64,000 bases of DNA from Malacoraja senta (Eukaryota): the NCBI GenBank assembly GCA_038087875.1, contig JAXLNO010000364.1, forward strand, positions 1 through 64,000. Direction: 5' to 3'. Made by a program: the position numbers and the translations under genes. Below are positions 15,078 to 32,700 of the stretch, in pieces; the stretch's first letter is position 1; every line of letters begins with the position of its first letter. The notes beneath the pieces were generated by a model. The model was not told the origin of the DNA. It searched no databases and saw only the letters and a program-made list of their open reading frames with translations.

Positions 15078-16750
15078 ATAGAGTCATACAGTGATAGAGC
15101 GTAGAAACAGGCCCTGCGGCTCAACTTCCAACACCGACCAACATGTCCCACCTGCCTGCCCTTGGACCATATCCATCCAAACGTGTCCCATCAATCTACC
15201 TTGTTAACTATTCCTTATACGTTCGGATAATCCCAGCCTCAACTACCCCCTCTAGCAGCTTGTTCCATGTAACCACCACCCTTTGTTTGAAAAGGTTACC
15301 GCTCAAATTCCTATTAAATCTTTACCCCTTCACCTTGAATCTATTGGTCCTCGATGCCCCTATTCTGGGCAAGAGATTCTGTGCATCTACCCGACCTGTT
15401 CCTCTCATGATTTGTAACACCTCTATACGATCACCCTTCATCCTCCTGCGCTCCAAGGAATAGCGACCCAGCCTACTCAACCTCTCCCATCAGCTCAGAC
15501 CCCCTACTCCTGGCAGCATCCGCATAAACCTTCACTGATTGGCTGCCAGAGACTAGGGGTCGGTGCTGTGGCCGCTGCTCTTCACGTTGTATATCAATGA
15601 TTGGGATGAGGGAACTGAATTCTTAGTGGGAAATTTGGTGATGCTGCGAAGTTCGGTGGAGGGGCAGATAGTGTGGAGTAAGCAGCGACTCTCCCGAAGG
15701 ATTCGGGCATGTTTTGAAAGTAGGCAAAAAAATGGCAGATGGAATACAGCGCAGCAAAATGCGGAGACAGGCATTTTGATAGTAGGAATCAATCGAAGAC
15801 TATTTTCTAAATGAGGAGAGAATTCAGAAATCTGAGTTGCAAAGGGACTCGGGAATGCCGATACAGGATTCCCAAAAACGTAATTTGCAAGTCGAATTGA
15901 AAGTAAGGCAGGAAAATGCAATACAAGCATTTATTTGGGGAGGACAAGAATATAAAAAAACGGATGTAATATTGAGGCATGAAAAGGCACCGGTGAGCGC
16001 ATTTGGGGTATTGTGAGCAATCTGGGGCCCCATATCTGAGGATTGATGTTATGGCGTTGGAAAGGATACGGAGGATGATTATGAGAATGATCCCAGTACC
16101 GAATTGGGTTCACGTACGATAAACGTTTTACGACACCGTGCCTGTACTCGCTGGAGTGCAGAAGGAAGAGGGGAGAACCTGATTGAAACAAATGGGTTGC
16201 AGAGGCTATCGCGTGAAGGCAGGGGAATGGAGCTGATAGGGGAAGAATGATCACCCACGATTAAATGGCGGAGTAAGCATGAGTCATAGAATGATAGTGT
16301 ATGGAAACAGGCCCTTCGGCCAAACTTGCATTTACCGGCCAACATGTCCCAGTTACCCCAGTCCCACCTGCGTGTGCTTGGTCCATATCCGTCCAAACCT
16401 CTCCTATCCATGTAGCTGTCTAACTATTTCTTGAACGTTGGGATAGTACCAGCATCAACTAGCTCCTCTGGCAGCTTGCACCATACACCCACCAGCCTTT
16501 GTGTGAAAACGTTAGCCTTCAGATTGCTTTTGAATATTTTCCCCTTCACCTTGTACTTATGTCTTCTGGTCCTCGATTCAATTACTTTGGGCAAGAGATT
16601 CTGCGCATCTATCCGATTTGTTCCTCTCGTGATTTTATGCACCTCTAGAAGATCACCCCTCATCGTCCTGCGCTCCAAGGAATAGAGACCCAGCCTACTC
16701 AACCTCTCCCGATAGCTCAGACCCTCTAGTCCTGGCAACAGTCTCGTAAA
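15078..16750. mobile_element. Cluster of CR1 3' fragments (spacer 2)
   Basis: Paralogous to 3076-4590; ORF 16424-16768(-) is the CR1 ORF2 C-terminus. Confidence 0.85.
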
Positions 16751-16769
16751 TGCAATAGTACAATTCATT

Positions 16770-17033
16770 TAGACTTCAGACTTTTGATTTTAAACTTGAG
16801 AGATACTTCGCGGAAACAGGCCCTTCGTCGATCACCGATCACCACGTGCACTGGCACACTCCTAAACACTTGGGACAATTTGCAACTTTACCGAAATCAA
16901 ACCTGTACGTCTTTGGAATGTGGGAGAGGCCCGGACCACCGAAGAAACCCCACAGGGAGAACATACAAACTCCGTACAAACAGCATCCGGAGTCCCGATC
17001 GAACCCGGTTCTCGGGCGCTGTGAGGCAACAAC
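16770..17033 (-). mobile_element. HE1/V-SINE-like SINE (spacer 2)
   Basis: Paralogous to 4610-4872. Confidence 0.72.
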
Positions 17034-17194
17034 CTTCAAGGTCGGCAGGTGAAGGGTCTAGTGCGGAGGATTGGCTGCAGAATTTAAAGCCTTGGTGAGT
17101 TTTCAAGAGCGGGTCATTTAAAAACCGGTAACTGAATCTGTAAATTAGCTAATTAGTTAAATGAGTAGCAAATAAAAGTAGGGCTCGCTCTTGG

Positions 17195-20100
17195 TGGAGC
17201 GGCCTGTTGGCGTGAAGTGCCTTGGTGAGCAAAGTGTGAGTCTTTGGCTCAAGAGCGTCTTGGTGAGTAAGGTGTGATTCTTTGGCTCAAGAGTCTTCGG
17301 CGAGAAGGCTGAAGCAAGGAATCTACATTAATCGAAATGTTTGATTTGTGATTTTTAGTCCAGTAAAGAAATGACAGAGTGGTAGAGTGTGTTTCCTGCA
17401 GGATGTGGGAAGTTAGGTACACCGCTGGTGCTTCTGGAAACTATACCTGCAGAAATTGTGTCCAGGTGCTGTTCCTGAATGAACGTGTTGGTGAAATGAA
17501 GAAGCAGCTGGAGGACCTCACGGCCATCCGGGAAAACGAGAGTTTTCTGGACAAGACCTTCAGCGAGGCTGTCACACAAAGGATATCGGAGTAGCGAAGG
17601 TGGATGACTGTGAGAAAGAAGCGTAAATGTGGAGTGCAAGAGAACACGGTGGCTGTACCTAATGAGACGCGACCGGTGAGACCGACGTTGGTCAGAGCCA
17701 TAGTGGTGAGTGACTCCATTGTCCGAGGTGCGGACAGGACATTCATTTGCGGCTGGCGAGACTCGGGGATGGTATGTTGCATCCCTGGTGCATGATATCT
17801 CGAACCGACTTCAGAACATCCTTGAGAGGGAAGGTGAGGAAGAGGAAGGATGTTCTGCACCGTGAGTTTATAGAGTTAGTAAGACGATAGAAAAGCATGA
17901 CTTCTGGGATGGTTATCTCTGGATTGCTTCCAGTACATCGTATTGGTGAGTACCGGAATATGGAGATAGCGGATCTGAATGCGGGCTGAGGGGCTCGTGC
18001 AGCGAGCAGGGATTTAGATTCATAGACGACTGGGACCTATTCTGGGGCAGGGATTACCTCAACAAAAGGGACGGGTTACACCTTAACTGGGGCGGGACCG
18101 AAATTCTGGTAGCCTGGTTTGCTGGTGCTACTCCGGAGAGTTTAAAATAATTTGCAGGGAGGAAGTGTTGACAAATTGGAGATATAAGGATGGAGTGAAA
18201 GGTGAAGAGAGTACAGGAAAAGTTGCGAAAGACAACCGGATTAATGGGATGGAAATTTCAAGAAGGGATAGGAGAGTAAGTTCAGAGGAACCGGTTTGAG
18301 AGAGGAGGTGAATACCGAATTAAAAGTGTTACCGCGAACCATATGAAATAAAGTGGATGAGCTTGAGGCAAAGTTAGAAATTGGTGAGTATGATGTTGTG
18401 GGAATGACAGACACATGGTTGCAGGCGGATCAGAACTGGGAACTGAATATTCAGGGGTATGCGTCCTATTGAAAAGAAAGCCAGATGGGCAGAGGGGATG
18501 CGGTGGCCCTCGTTGGTAAGGAATGAAATTCAGTCACTTGCGAGTGGAGACATAGAGTCAGAAGACGTAGAGCCATTGTGGATGGAACTGAGAAATTGAA
18601 CGGTAGAAAGACCCTAGTCCGTGTTATCTACAGACCCCCAAACAGTAGCCTGGAGATAGGGTGCAAGTTGCATCAGGAGTTAAAATTAACATATAACAAA
18701 GTTAATGCTACGGTGTTTATGGGAGATTTCATCATGCAGTTGACTAGGAAAATCACATAGGTACTGGACCCCAAGAAAGGGACTTTGTAGTGTGTTTCCG
18801 AGATGAATTCTAAGAGCAGCTTGTACTGGAGCCTACTAGGTAGCAGGAAAAAATGGATTTAATGTTATGTAATGAACCGGATTTGATAAGTGACCTCAAG
18901 GTAAAGGAACCATTAGGCCATAATATGATAAGTTTTAATTTGCAATTTGAGATATCGGAATTTGTAATATCGGAAGTGTCATTATTCCAGTTGAACAAAG
19001 AGGACTATTGAGGGAGGAGCTTGCCATAGTTCACTGGAAAGGGACCCAAGAAGGCATGACGCTGGACGCTATATCTGAGAATAATCCAGAAGATGCAGGA
19101 TCATTTCATTCCAAAGAGGAAGAAAGATTCTAATGGGAGTAAGAGGCGACCGTGGCTGACAAGCGAAATCATGTGGTGGGAGATTGCAACCTTCACGTGG
19201 TCCACCGTGTTTCGACTAATGCAATCAACCCGACGTGCACAAACAAGATCAAATAGAAGAAGTTGACCTACAACTTTAGGCTGTGCACGCCATACGCAAG
19301 AAGAAGAAGGGAAGTCAAGGACAGTATAAACATAATAGAGAAGACGTATAACTCAATTCAGATTTGACAATCAAGGGACAAACGTTTAGGGGCAACATGA
19401 CGGGGAATTTCTTTACTCAAAGTGTGGTTGCTGTGTGGAATGAGCTTCCAGTGGAAGTGGTGAAGGCAGGTTCGTTTTTATCATTTCAAAATGAATTGGA
19501 TAGGTATATGGACGGGAAAGGAATGGAGAGTTAAGGTCTGAGTGCAGATAGATGGGACTACGTGAGAGTAAGTGTTCGGCACGGACTAGAAGGGCCGAGA
19601 TGGCCAGTTTCCGTGCTGTAATTGTTATATGTTTATATGGTTATAACATAGCAAATATCAGCGGGAAGCCAGAGGATTGGGAAACCTTTTAAAGAGCAAC
19701 AGAAACTAACTAAAAAGCTTCCTTCCCTAGATGAAGAGGAAAAAAAGGTTAAGACAAATGTAGATCCCTTGAAGACAGAAACAGGTGGATTTATTATGGG
19801 GAACAAGGAAAAGGGAAACGAGTTGAACAGGTACTTTGGTTCTGTCTTCACTTCGAAAGTCAGAAACAATTTCCCATATGTACTTGGGGACAGAGGACCT
19901 GGGTCATGGAGGAACTGAAGGAAATTCACTTTAGACAGGAAATGGTGTCGCATTCACTGATGGGACTGAAGGCACATACATTCCCAGGGTCTGATGGTCT
20001 GCATTCCAGGGTACTCAAGGAGATGGCTCTAGGAATCGTGGACGCCTTGGTGATAATGTTCCAATGTTCTATAGATTATGAATCAGTTCTTGTGAAATGG

Positions 20101-21436
20101 AGGGTAGCTAATGTTATGACACTTTTCAAGAAAGGAGGGAGAGAGAAAGCAGGGCATTATAGACCAGTTAGCCTGACATCTGTGGTGGGGAAGATGCTGG
20201 TGCCGTTTATTGGAGATGTAATAGTGGCGCATTTGGGTAGCAGTACCAGGATCGGTCCAAGTCAGCATGGATTTACGAAGGGGAAATCATACTTGACAAA
20301 TCTTCGCAATTTTTTTGGAGGACGTAACAAGTAAAATGGACAAGGGAGAGCCAGTGGATGTAGGGATTAACGGGTCCCTTTCAGAATGACAGGCCGTGAC
20401 CAGTGGGGTAACGCAAGGCTCGGAGTTAGGACCGCAGCTATTTACAATGTATATTAATGATTTAGATGAAGGGATTACAAGTAACATTTGCAAATTTGCA
20501 GATGACACAAATCTGGGTGGCAGTGTGAACTGTGAGGAGGATGCTATGAGAATGCAGAGGGACTTGGACAGGTTGGGTGAGTGGGCAGATGCACAGCAGA
20601 TGCAGTTTAATGTATATAAATGTGAGGTTATCCACTTTGGTAGGAAAAACCAGAAGGCAGATTATTATCTAACTGATGTCAAGTTGGGAAAGGGGGAAGT
20701 AGAACGGGATATCGGGGTCCTTGTTCATCAGTCAATGAAAGTAAGCATGCCATGCAGGTACAGCAGGCAGTGAAGAAAGCGAATGGCATGTTGGCATTGA
20801 TACCAAGATATTTGAGTACAGGAGCAAAGAGGTCCTTCTACAGTTGTACAGGGCCCTGGTGAGACCACACCTTTGTATTGTGTGCAGTTTTGGTATGCTA
20901 ATTTGAGGAAGGATATTCTTGCTTTTGAGGGAGAAAGCGTAGGTTCACGACGTTAATACCCGGGATGGCGGGACTGTCATCTGATGAAAGAATGGATCGA
21001 TTGGCTTGTATTCACTGGAATTTAGAAGATGAGAGGATGTCTTATAGAAAAATACAACATATTTAAGTGATTGGACACGTTAGATGCAGGAAACATGTTT
21101 CCGATGTCAGGCGACTTCAAAACCAGGGGCCACAGTTTAAGATTAAGGGGTAGGCCATTTAGGACTGAGATGAGTAAAAATATTTTTCACAGAGAGTTGT
21201 GAATTTGTGGAATTCTCTGCCTCTGAAGGCAGTGGAGGCCGATTCACTGGATGCATTCAACAGAGAGTTAGATAGAGCTCTTAGGGCTAGCGGAATCAAG
21301 GGGTATCGGGAGAAGGCAGGAACAGGGTAATGATTGTGGATGATCAGCCATGAATACATTGAATGGCGGAGTAGGCTCAAAGGGCCGGAAAGCCTACTCC
21401 GGAACATATTGTCTATGTATCTATGTATCTATGTAT
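17195..21436 (+). mobile_element. Degraded near-full-length CR1 LINE including ORF1 N-terminus
   Basis: Cys-rich ORF1 start VECVSCRMWE..YTCRNC (17379-), esterase-like motifs, APE, RT with KFADDT (20396-20773) and 3' tail. 5' boundary approximate. Confidence 0.92.
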
Positions 21437-21477
21437 ATACTTCTACCGATGCGTCAATGTGCCATTCCAGTTTCGAG

Positions 21478-22885
21478 GACACGAATATATAAAAGCAATG
21501 GTGTAATGCTGAGGCCTCACGAGGCGCTGGTGAGGCCACGCTTGGAATATTGTAAGCGGCTATGGGCCTCATCTCTAAGGATGGGTGCGCAAGCGTGGAT
21601 AGGCCCAGAGGACGCTTAGTGTAATGGTCCCGGTTATGATTGGATAAACGTGTGAGGATAGTTTGATGTTACTAGGCCTGTACTCGATGGAGTTTAGCAG
21701 AATGAAGGGAGACTTCATTGAAACACACAGATTAGTGAATGGCTTGGATAGAGTGTGTGTGGGGAGGATGTTTCTACCAGTAGAGAGCCTAGCACGAGAG
21801 GGCATAGCCGCAGAATTCGACGTTCTTTTAGAAAGGAGATGAGGAGAAATTTCTTTAGTCAGAGGATGGTGAATCTGTGGGATTCTTTGCTGCAGAACGC
21901 AGTGCAGGCCAAGTCAGGGGATATTTTTAAGGCAGAGATGGATAGATTCTTGATTATTACAGGTGTCAGAGATTATGGTGAGAAGGCAGAAGAATGCGGT
22001 TAGGAGGGAGAAACATATCAACTGCACTTTGCCCTCCCTCACGTTAAATATATCCTCTCTAATAATTGACCTGTCTATCGAGGGGCGGGGCGGGAGGGGT
22101 GGGGGGTAGAAAATGAATGTCTGTCCGATCTGTGCCTCTCATAGTGTCATTTTGATTGTTTTTAAGGTACAGAATGGAAACCGGCCCTTCCGGTCACCAC
22201 ACGACGACCATCTGTCATGCGCTCAAACGCCAGTTCTACGTTATACCCACTTTCCGTTCGCTCCCTACACACTAGAGACAATTTATGGAGGCCAATTGAC
22301 CTACAATCCCAAAGCACCCTGAAATATAGAAGCATCACGAGGCCATTTCGCCCATCAAGTTCGCTCCGCCATCCGCCACTCCAAAGACGTATAGGTGTGT
22401 ATGTTAATTTGCTTGGTGTAAATGAAAATTATCCCTCGTGTGTGTATGATAGCGGTAGTGTGCGGGGATCGCTGATTGAACCTTCCGAACCATCTGAATT
22501 TTGTAGTCGGCAGGGCAGTACTCTGCATATCGCCAACTTCGACAATTTTACATTTTTATCAAGCCAATTAATCAAGTCAATTAACCTACAAACCTGTATA
22601 TCTTGGAGTGTGGCAGGAAACCGAAGATCTCCGAGAAAACCCACGCAGATCACGGGGAGAACGTACAAACTCCATACAAACAGCACCCGTATTCGGGATC
22701 GAACCCGGGGCTCTGGCGTTGCATTTTGCTGCACCGCTGTGCCACCGTGACTGCAAAGACGTACGAGTTTGCAGGGAAATCGGCTTCGTATAAATGTAAA
22801 TTATTCTCAGACTGAGTAGGATAGTGTTAGATGCGGACTCGCTGGGCTGATGGGCCTGTTTCCGCGCTGCATCTCTAAACTGAAC
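21478..22885. mobile_element. CR1 3' fragment and SINE fragment cluster (spacer 2)
   Basis: Paralogous to 8885-10295. Confidence 0.78.
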
Positions 22886-23657
22886 CAAATTTAAAAGTAA
22901 AATAGAGCATCAGAATCAGTTTCGATGGTCCGCATTAAAAATTATCTGTCGCTCTCTCATGGAATTGTTTTCTCTCGCTGGAGAAAGGGGCTACATGACA
23001 GACAGAGATGTTGGGTGGGGGACGAGTGTTGCTCTCTGGATTGATGCAGATTTTCACAGCCGCAGTCCGAAATTACATTGCGGATGTTTCCTCCAGTCAG
23101 GCTAGATTTTTGAATTTGAGGAATAAAAATTAATATACCAGTAAGATAGACAAACAATTCTGGCGTAACTCAGATGTCCAGGTAGCATCTCTGGAGTAAA
23201 GGAATAGGTGAAGTTTCGGGTCGAGACCCTTCTTAATAACCACCAGTAGTCAGATTCGATCCCGTGTCTCTGGAGCTGTAAAGCATCAGCAGCACCGCTG
23301 CGCCGCCGAGGTCGTTTCCTCTTTTCTTATTGTCTGAATTTACCATCCAAACTTCAGGAAACCTGCCATCCTCGTCCTTCATGTTCTGTGGAACACGCCG
23401 GAACTGAAAGCCCACCACCTCGTCTTTAACCGACTCCGACACGTAGGATGAGGACTTACCTAAGAACAGCTGCTCCCAAATTACTCTCCCCACTTTCTAC
23501 CAAACGCAGATATTTTTATTTTCCATTCACCGATATCTCAAATTAATCGACAAAACAATGTCCTTAAAATAATTTTATTATCAATACTATAATATCTATC
23601 AATATAATCTATTTAATCTGTATTAAATTAAACTGTTAATTAATAAATTAATTTATT

Positions 23658-26707
<3,050 letters not shown>

Positions 26708-26727
26708 GCTGCTCCGCTCGCGTGGTT

Positions 26728-26931
26728 CTCGAGACTGTGACGCGCCGCGCCGCTCCGGTATTTATACGGCCCCCGGGATAGAAGGCTGGCATTCGGTAAA
26801 CGCGCGCCGATAGGTCAATGAGAACAATGACCTTGGTTGCCACAGGAAACAAACATAGAAGGTTCCAAGGCGCTCATTGCTGAATAATCCACAGTGTGAG
26901 ACGTAGAACAATGGACCTTCAGTGACGCAAT
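26728..26931 (-). promoter_or_regulatory. Proximal promoter of tubulin copy 3 (CCAAT mutated)
   Basis: TATAAATA ~26759-26766, CCTAT instead of CCAAT at 26810-26814, X-box 26836-26850. Confidence 0.68.
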
Positions 26932-27710
26932 CCATTGTCTGCCTTCACCTCCCAGATTCCAATCTATCAATTACCGCTGGAAATAAAAGGATCTGACCAC
27001 ATCCCTCCAAATGATACCTAGCGCCAACTATTTGACTTCTTAAGCCCATGCAATCAATTTAGCCACTTTACCAGTGGAAAAATTGCTGTAGGTCACAGCG
27101 GATGTGACGTTAATCCCACGCATCTCTCCATTAATCACGTCATAATCCGGGATCTCCGGTCTATCAGCGCAATGCCTAAGATCAATTATTATTAATTTAT
27201 TACCATCACGTGTGCTGCAAAAAAAAATGTCAGTCGTACTATATAGGCAGATCACATCACTCCTCAGTATATCTGATATTGCAACACGAAAAAAATGAGC
27301 AACGTGCAGAGTAAAGTGTTACATCTAGAGAATAAAAATAACATTTTTATTTTCAAGTATGAGGACCACAGGAAGGTAGCACATGAGAGGTCTGCTGGGA
27401 CAAACTGTCCCTGAAACAGGTGGTACGTTCTTTCATGCTTTGGTACACGCTGTCCAACAGAAGTGGAGAGAAGAGTGAATGACCGTGGCTTAAGGTATGG
27501 AGGGGGTGGGGTGTGGGAGTGGCCCGTGATTGTGACGATGTCATGCAATTAGATTCCAAATGATAAATCACTGATTAATAAAGTGCCATTGAACATATTG
27601 ATTGATTGAAAGATGTACTCTACAAATTTGATGACGTGCAGTCCATCAGAACCACAGCAATCTCTAATTTCGTTATGATGAATCAAAAAAGATATCACAT
27701 TGATGGCTTT

Positions 27711-29652
27711 ATAGAGTTATAGAGTGATAGAGCGTAGAAACAGGCCCTTCGCTTCAACTTCCCACACCGACCAACATGTCCCACCTGCCTGCCCTTGGAC
27801 CATATCCATCCAAACGAGTCCCATCAATCTACCTTGTTAACTGTTCCTTATACGTTCGGATAATCCCAGCCTCAACTACCCCCTCTAGCAGCTTGTTCCA
27901 TGTAACCACCACCCTTTGTTTGAAAAGGTTACCGCTCAAATTCCTATTAAATCTTTACCCCTTCACCTTGAATCTATTGGTCCTCGGTGCCCCTATTCTG
28001 GGCAAGAAATTCTGTGCATCCTCTCATGATTTGTAACACCTCTATACGATCACCCTTCATCCCCCTGCGCTCCAAGGAATAGCGACCCAGCCTCCTCAAC
28101 CTCTCCCATCAGCTCAGACCCCCTAGTCCTGGCAGCTTCCGCGTAAACCTTCACTGATTGGCTGCCAGAGACTAGGGGTCGGTGCTGTAGCCGCTGCTCG
28201 TCACGTTGTATATCAATGATTTGGATGAGAGAACTGAATTCTTGGTGGGAAGTTTGGTGATGCTGCGAAGGTAGGTGGAGGGGCAGATAGTGTGGAGTAA
28301 GCAGCGACTCTCCCGAAGGATTCGGGCATGTTTTGAAAGTAGACAAAGAAATGGCAGATGGAATACAGCGCAGCAAAATGCGGAGACAGGCATTTTGATA
28401 CTAGGAATCAATCGAAGACTATTTTCTAAATGAGGAGAGAATTCAGACATCTGAGGTGCAAAGGGACTCGGGAATACTGATACAGGATTCCCAAAAACGT
28501 AATTTGCAAGTCGAATTGAAAGTAAGGCAGGAAAATGCAATACAAGCATTTATTTGGGGAGGACAAGAATATAAAAAAACGTATGTAATATTGAGGCATG
28601 AAAAGGCACCGGTGAGCGCATTTGCGGTATTGTGACCAATTTGGGGCCCCATATCTAAGGATTGATGTGCTGGCGTTGGAAAGGATACGGAGGATGATTA
28701 TGAGAATGATCCCAGCACCGATTTGGGTTGACGTACGATAGACGTTTTACGACACTGTGCCTGTACTCGCTGGAGTGCAGAAGGAAGAGGGGAGAACCTG
28801 ATTGAAACAAATGGGTTGCAGAGGCTATCGCGTGAAGGCACGGGAATGGAGCTGATCGGGGAAGAATGATCACCCTCGATTAAATGGCGGAGTAAGCAAG
28901 AGTCATAGAGTGATAGTGTATGGAAACAGGCCCTTCGGCCAAACTTGCATTTACCGGCCAACATGTCCCAGTTACCCCAGTCCCACCTGCGTGTGTTTGG
29001 TCCATATCCGTCCAAACCTCTCCTATCCATGTAGCTGTCTAACTATTTCTTGAACGTTGGAATAGTACCAGCATCAACTAGCTCCTCTGGCAGCTTGTAC
29101 CATACACCTACCAGCCTTTGTGTGAAAACGTTAGCCTTCAGATTGTTTTTGAATATTTTCCCCTTCGCCTTGTACTTTTGTCCTCTGGTCCTCGATTCCC
29201 CTACATTGGGCAAGAGATTCTGCGCATCTATCCGATTTATTTCTCTCGTGAATGTATGCAACTCTAGAAGATCATCCCTCATCCTCCTGTGCTCCAAGGA
29301 ATAGAGACCCAGCCTACTCAACCTCTCCCGATAGCTCAGACCCTCTAGTCCTGGCAACATTCTCGTAAATGCAATAGTACAATTCATTTAGACTTTAGAC
29401 CTTTCACTTTAAACTTGAGTGATACTTCGCGGAAACAGCCCCTTCGTCAATCAGCGATCACCACGTGCACTGGCACACTCCTAAACACTTGGGACAATTT
29501 ACAACTTTACCGAAGCCAAACCTGTACGTCTTTGGAGTGTGGGAGAAACCCGGACCACCGAGGAAAACCCACAGGGAGAACATACAAACTCCGTACAAAC
29601 AGCATCCGGAGTCCCGACCGAACCTGGGTCTCTGGCGCTGTAAGGCAACAAC
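27711..29652. mobile_element. CR1 3' fragments and SINE (spacer 3)
   Basis: Paralogous to 3076-4872; ORF 29043-29387(-) is the CR1 C-terminus. Confidence 0.82.
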
Positions 29653-29709
29653 CTTCAAGGTCGACAGGTGAAGCGGCGAGTGCGGAGGATTGGCTGAGGG
29701 TAAGGTTAG

Positions 29710-32700
29710 AGAGTAAGGTCAGGTGAAAGAGGAACCGGTTTGAGAGAGGAGGTGAATACCGAATTAAATGTGTTACCGCGAACTATAAGAAATAAAGTGG
29801 ATGAGCTTGAGGTAAAGTTCAAAATTGGTGAGTATGATGTTGTGGGAATTACAGGCAAGCGGATCAGAACTGGGAACTGAATATTCAGGGTATACGTCCT
29901 ATTGAAAATAAAGCCAGATGGGCAGAGGGGATGCGGTGGCCCTCGTTGGTAAGGCATGAAATTCAGGCACTTGGGAGTGGAGACATAGAGTCAGAAGACG
30001 TAGAGTCATTGTGGATGTAACTGAGAAATTGAACAGTAGAAAGACCCTAGTCCGTGTTATCTACAGGCCCCCAAACAGTAGCCTGGAGATAGGGTGCAAG
30101 TTGCATCAGGAGTTAAAATTAACATATAACAAAGTTAATGCTACGGTGTTTATGGGAGATTTCATCATGCAGGTGGACTAGGAAAATCACATAGGTACTA
30201 GACCCCAAGAAACGGACTTTGTAGTGTGTTTCCGAGATGGATTCTTAGAGCAGCTTGTACTGGAGCCTACCAGGTAGCAGGAAAAACTGGATTTAATGTT
30301 ATGTAATGAACCGGAATTGATAAGTGACCTCAAGGTAAAGGAACCATTAGGAGGTAGTGGCCATAGTATGATAAGTTTCAAATTGCAATTTGTGATATCG
30401 GAATTTGTAATATCGGAAGTGTCAGTATTCGAGTTGAACAAAGAGGACTATTGAGGGAGGAGCTTGCCATAGTTCACTGGAAAGGGACCCAAGAAGGGAT
30501 GACCGTGGAACAGCAATGGCAGGTATATCTGAGAATAATCCAGAAGATGCAGGATCAATTCATTCCAAAGAGGAAGAAAGATTCTAATGGGAGTAAGAGG
30601 CGACCGTGGCTGACAAGCGAAATCATGGGGTTGGAGATTGCAGCCTTCACGTGGTCCACCGTGTTTCGACTAATGCAATCAACCCGACGTGCACAAACAA
30701 GATCAAATAGAACAAGTTGGCCTACAACTTTAGGCTGTGCACGCCATACGCAAGAAGAAGAAGGGAAGTCAAGGACAGTATAAACATAAAAGAGAAGACG
30801 TATAACTCAATTCTGATTTGAGAATCAAGGGACAAACGTTTAGGGGCAACATGAGGGGGAACTTCTTTACTCAGAGAGTGGTACCTGTGTGGAATGTGTT
30901 TCCAGTGGAAGTGGTGAATGCAGGTTCGTTTTTATCATTTAAAAATAAATTGGGAAGGTATATGGACGGGAAAGGAATATAGGGTTATGGTCTGTGTGCT
31001 TGTAGAGGGGACTCGGTGAGAGTAAGTGTTCGGGACGGACTAGAAGGGCCGAGATGGCATGTTTCCGTGCTGTAATTGTTATATTGTTATATGGTTATAA
31101 CATAGCAAATATGAGCGGGAAGCCAGAGGATTGGGAAACTATTTAAAAAACAACATAAAGTAACTAAAAACCTTCCATCGGTAGATGAAGAAGGAAAAAA
31201 AATTAAGACAAATGTGGATCCCTTGAAGACAGAAACAGGTGGATTTATTATGGGGAACAATGAAAAGGGAAACGAGATGAACAGGTACTTTGGTTCAGTC
31301 TTCTCTACGGAAGTCAGAAACAATCTCTCAGATGTACTGGGGGACAGAGGACCTAGGTGATGGAGGAACTGAAGGAAATTCACGTTAGTCATGAAATGGT
31401 GTTGGGTTCACTGGTGGGACTGAAGGCTCATACATCCCCAGGGTCTGATGGTCTGCATTCCAGGGTACTCAAGGAGTTGGGTCTAGAAATCGTGGACGCC
31501 TTGGTGATAATGTTCCAGTGTTCTATAAATTATGAATCAGTTCCTGTGAATTGGAGGGCAGCTAATGTTATCACACTTTTCAAGAAAGGAGGGAGAGAGA
31601 AAGCAGGGCATTATAGACCAGTTAGCCTGACATCAGTGGTGGGGACGATGCTGGAGCCGTTTATTGGAGATTTAAGAATGGCGCATTTGGGTAGCAGTAC
31701 CAGGATCGGTCCAAGTCAGCATGGATTTACGAAGGGGAAATGATACTTGACAAATCTTCGGGAATGTTTTTGAGGACGTAACAAGTAAAATGGACAAGGG
31801 AGAGCCAGTGGATGTAGGGATTAACGGGTCCCTTTCAGAATGGCAGGCAGTGACCAGTGGGGTAACGCAAGGTTCGGTGTTGGGACCGCAGCTATTTACA
31901 ACGCATATTAATGATTTAGATGAAGGGATTACAAGTAACATTTGCAAATTTGAAGATGACACAAATCTGGGTGGAAGTGTGAACTGTGAGGAGGATGCTA
32001 TGAGAATGCAGGGTGACTTGGACAGGTCGGGTGAGTGGGCAGATACACGGGAGTTTAATGTGGATAATGTGAGGTTATACACTTTAGTAGAAAAAACGAG
32101 AATGCAGATTATTATCTAAATGATGTCAAGTTGGGAAAGCGGGAAGTACAACGGGATCTCGGGGTCCTTGTTCATCAGTCAATGAAAGTAAGTTTGCCAT
32201 GCAGGTACAGCAGCCAGTGAAGAAAGCGAATGGCGTGTTGATCTTGATAACAATAGAATTGAGTACAGGAGCAAAGAGGTCCTTCTACAGTTGTACAGGG
32301 CCCTGGTGAGACCACACCTTTGTATTGTGTGCAATTTTGGTATCCCAATTTGAGGAAGGATATTCTAGCTTTTGAGGGAGTGCAGCGTAGGTTCACGACG
32401 TTAATACCCGGGATGGCGGGGCTGCCATCTGATGAAAGAATGGAACGACTGGGCTTGATTTCACTGGAATTTAGAAGGATGAGAGGGATCTTGTAGAAAC
32501 ATACAACATATTTAAGAGATTGGACACGCTAGATGCAGGAAACATGTTTCCGATGTCAGGGGACTTCAAAACCAGGGGCCACAGTTTAAGAATAAGGGGT
32601 AGGCCATTTAGGACTGAGATGAGTAAAACAAAATTTCACACAGAGAGTTGCGAAATTGTGGAATCCTCTGCCTCTGAAGGCAGTGGAGGCCGATTCATAT

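Noticed and set aside
17219..17296. Short direct repeats (GTGAGTCTTTGGCTCAAGAG) resembling CRISPR repeats
   Set aside because: Only two or three imperfect copies in the CR1 5' region of a eukaryote, with no spacers or cas genes.
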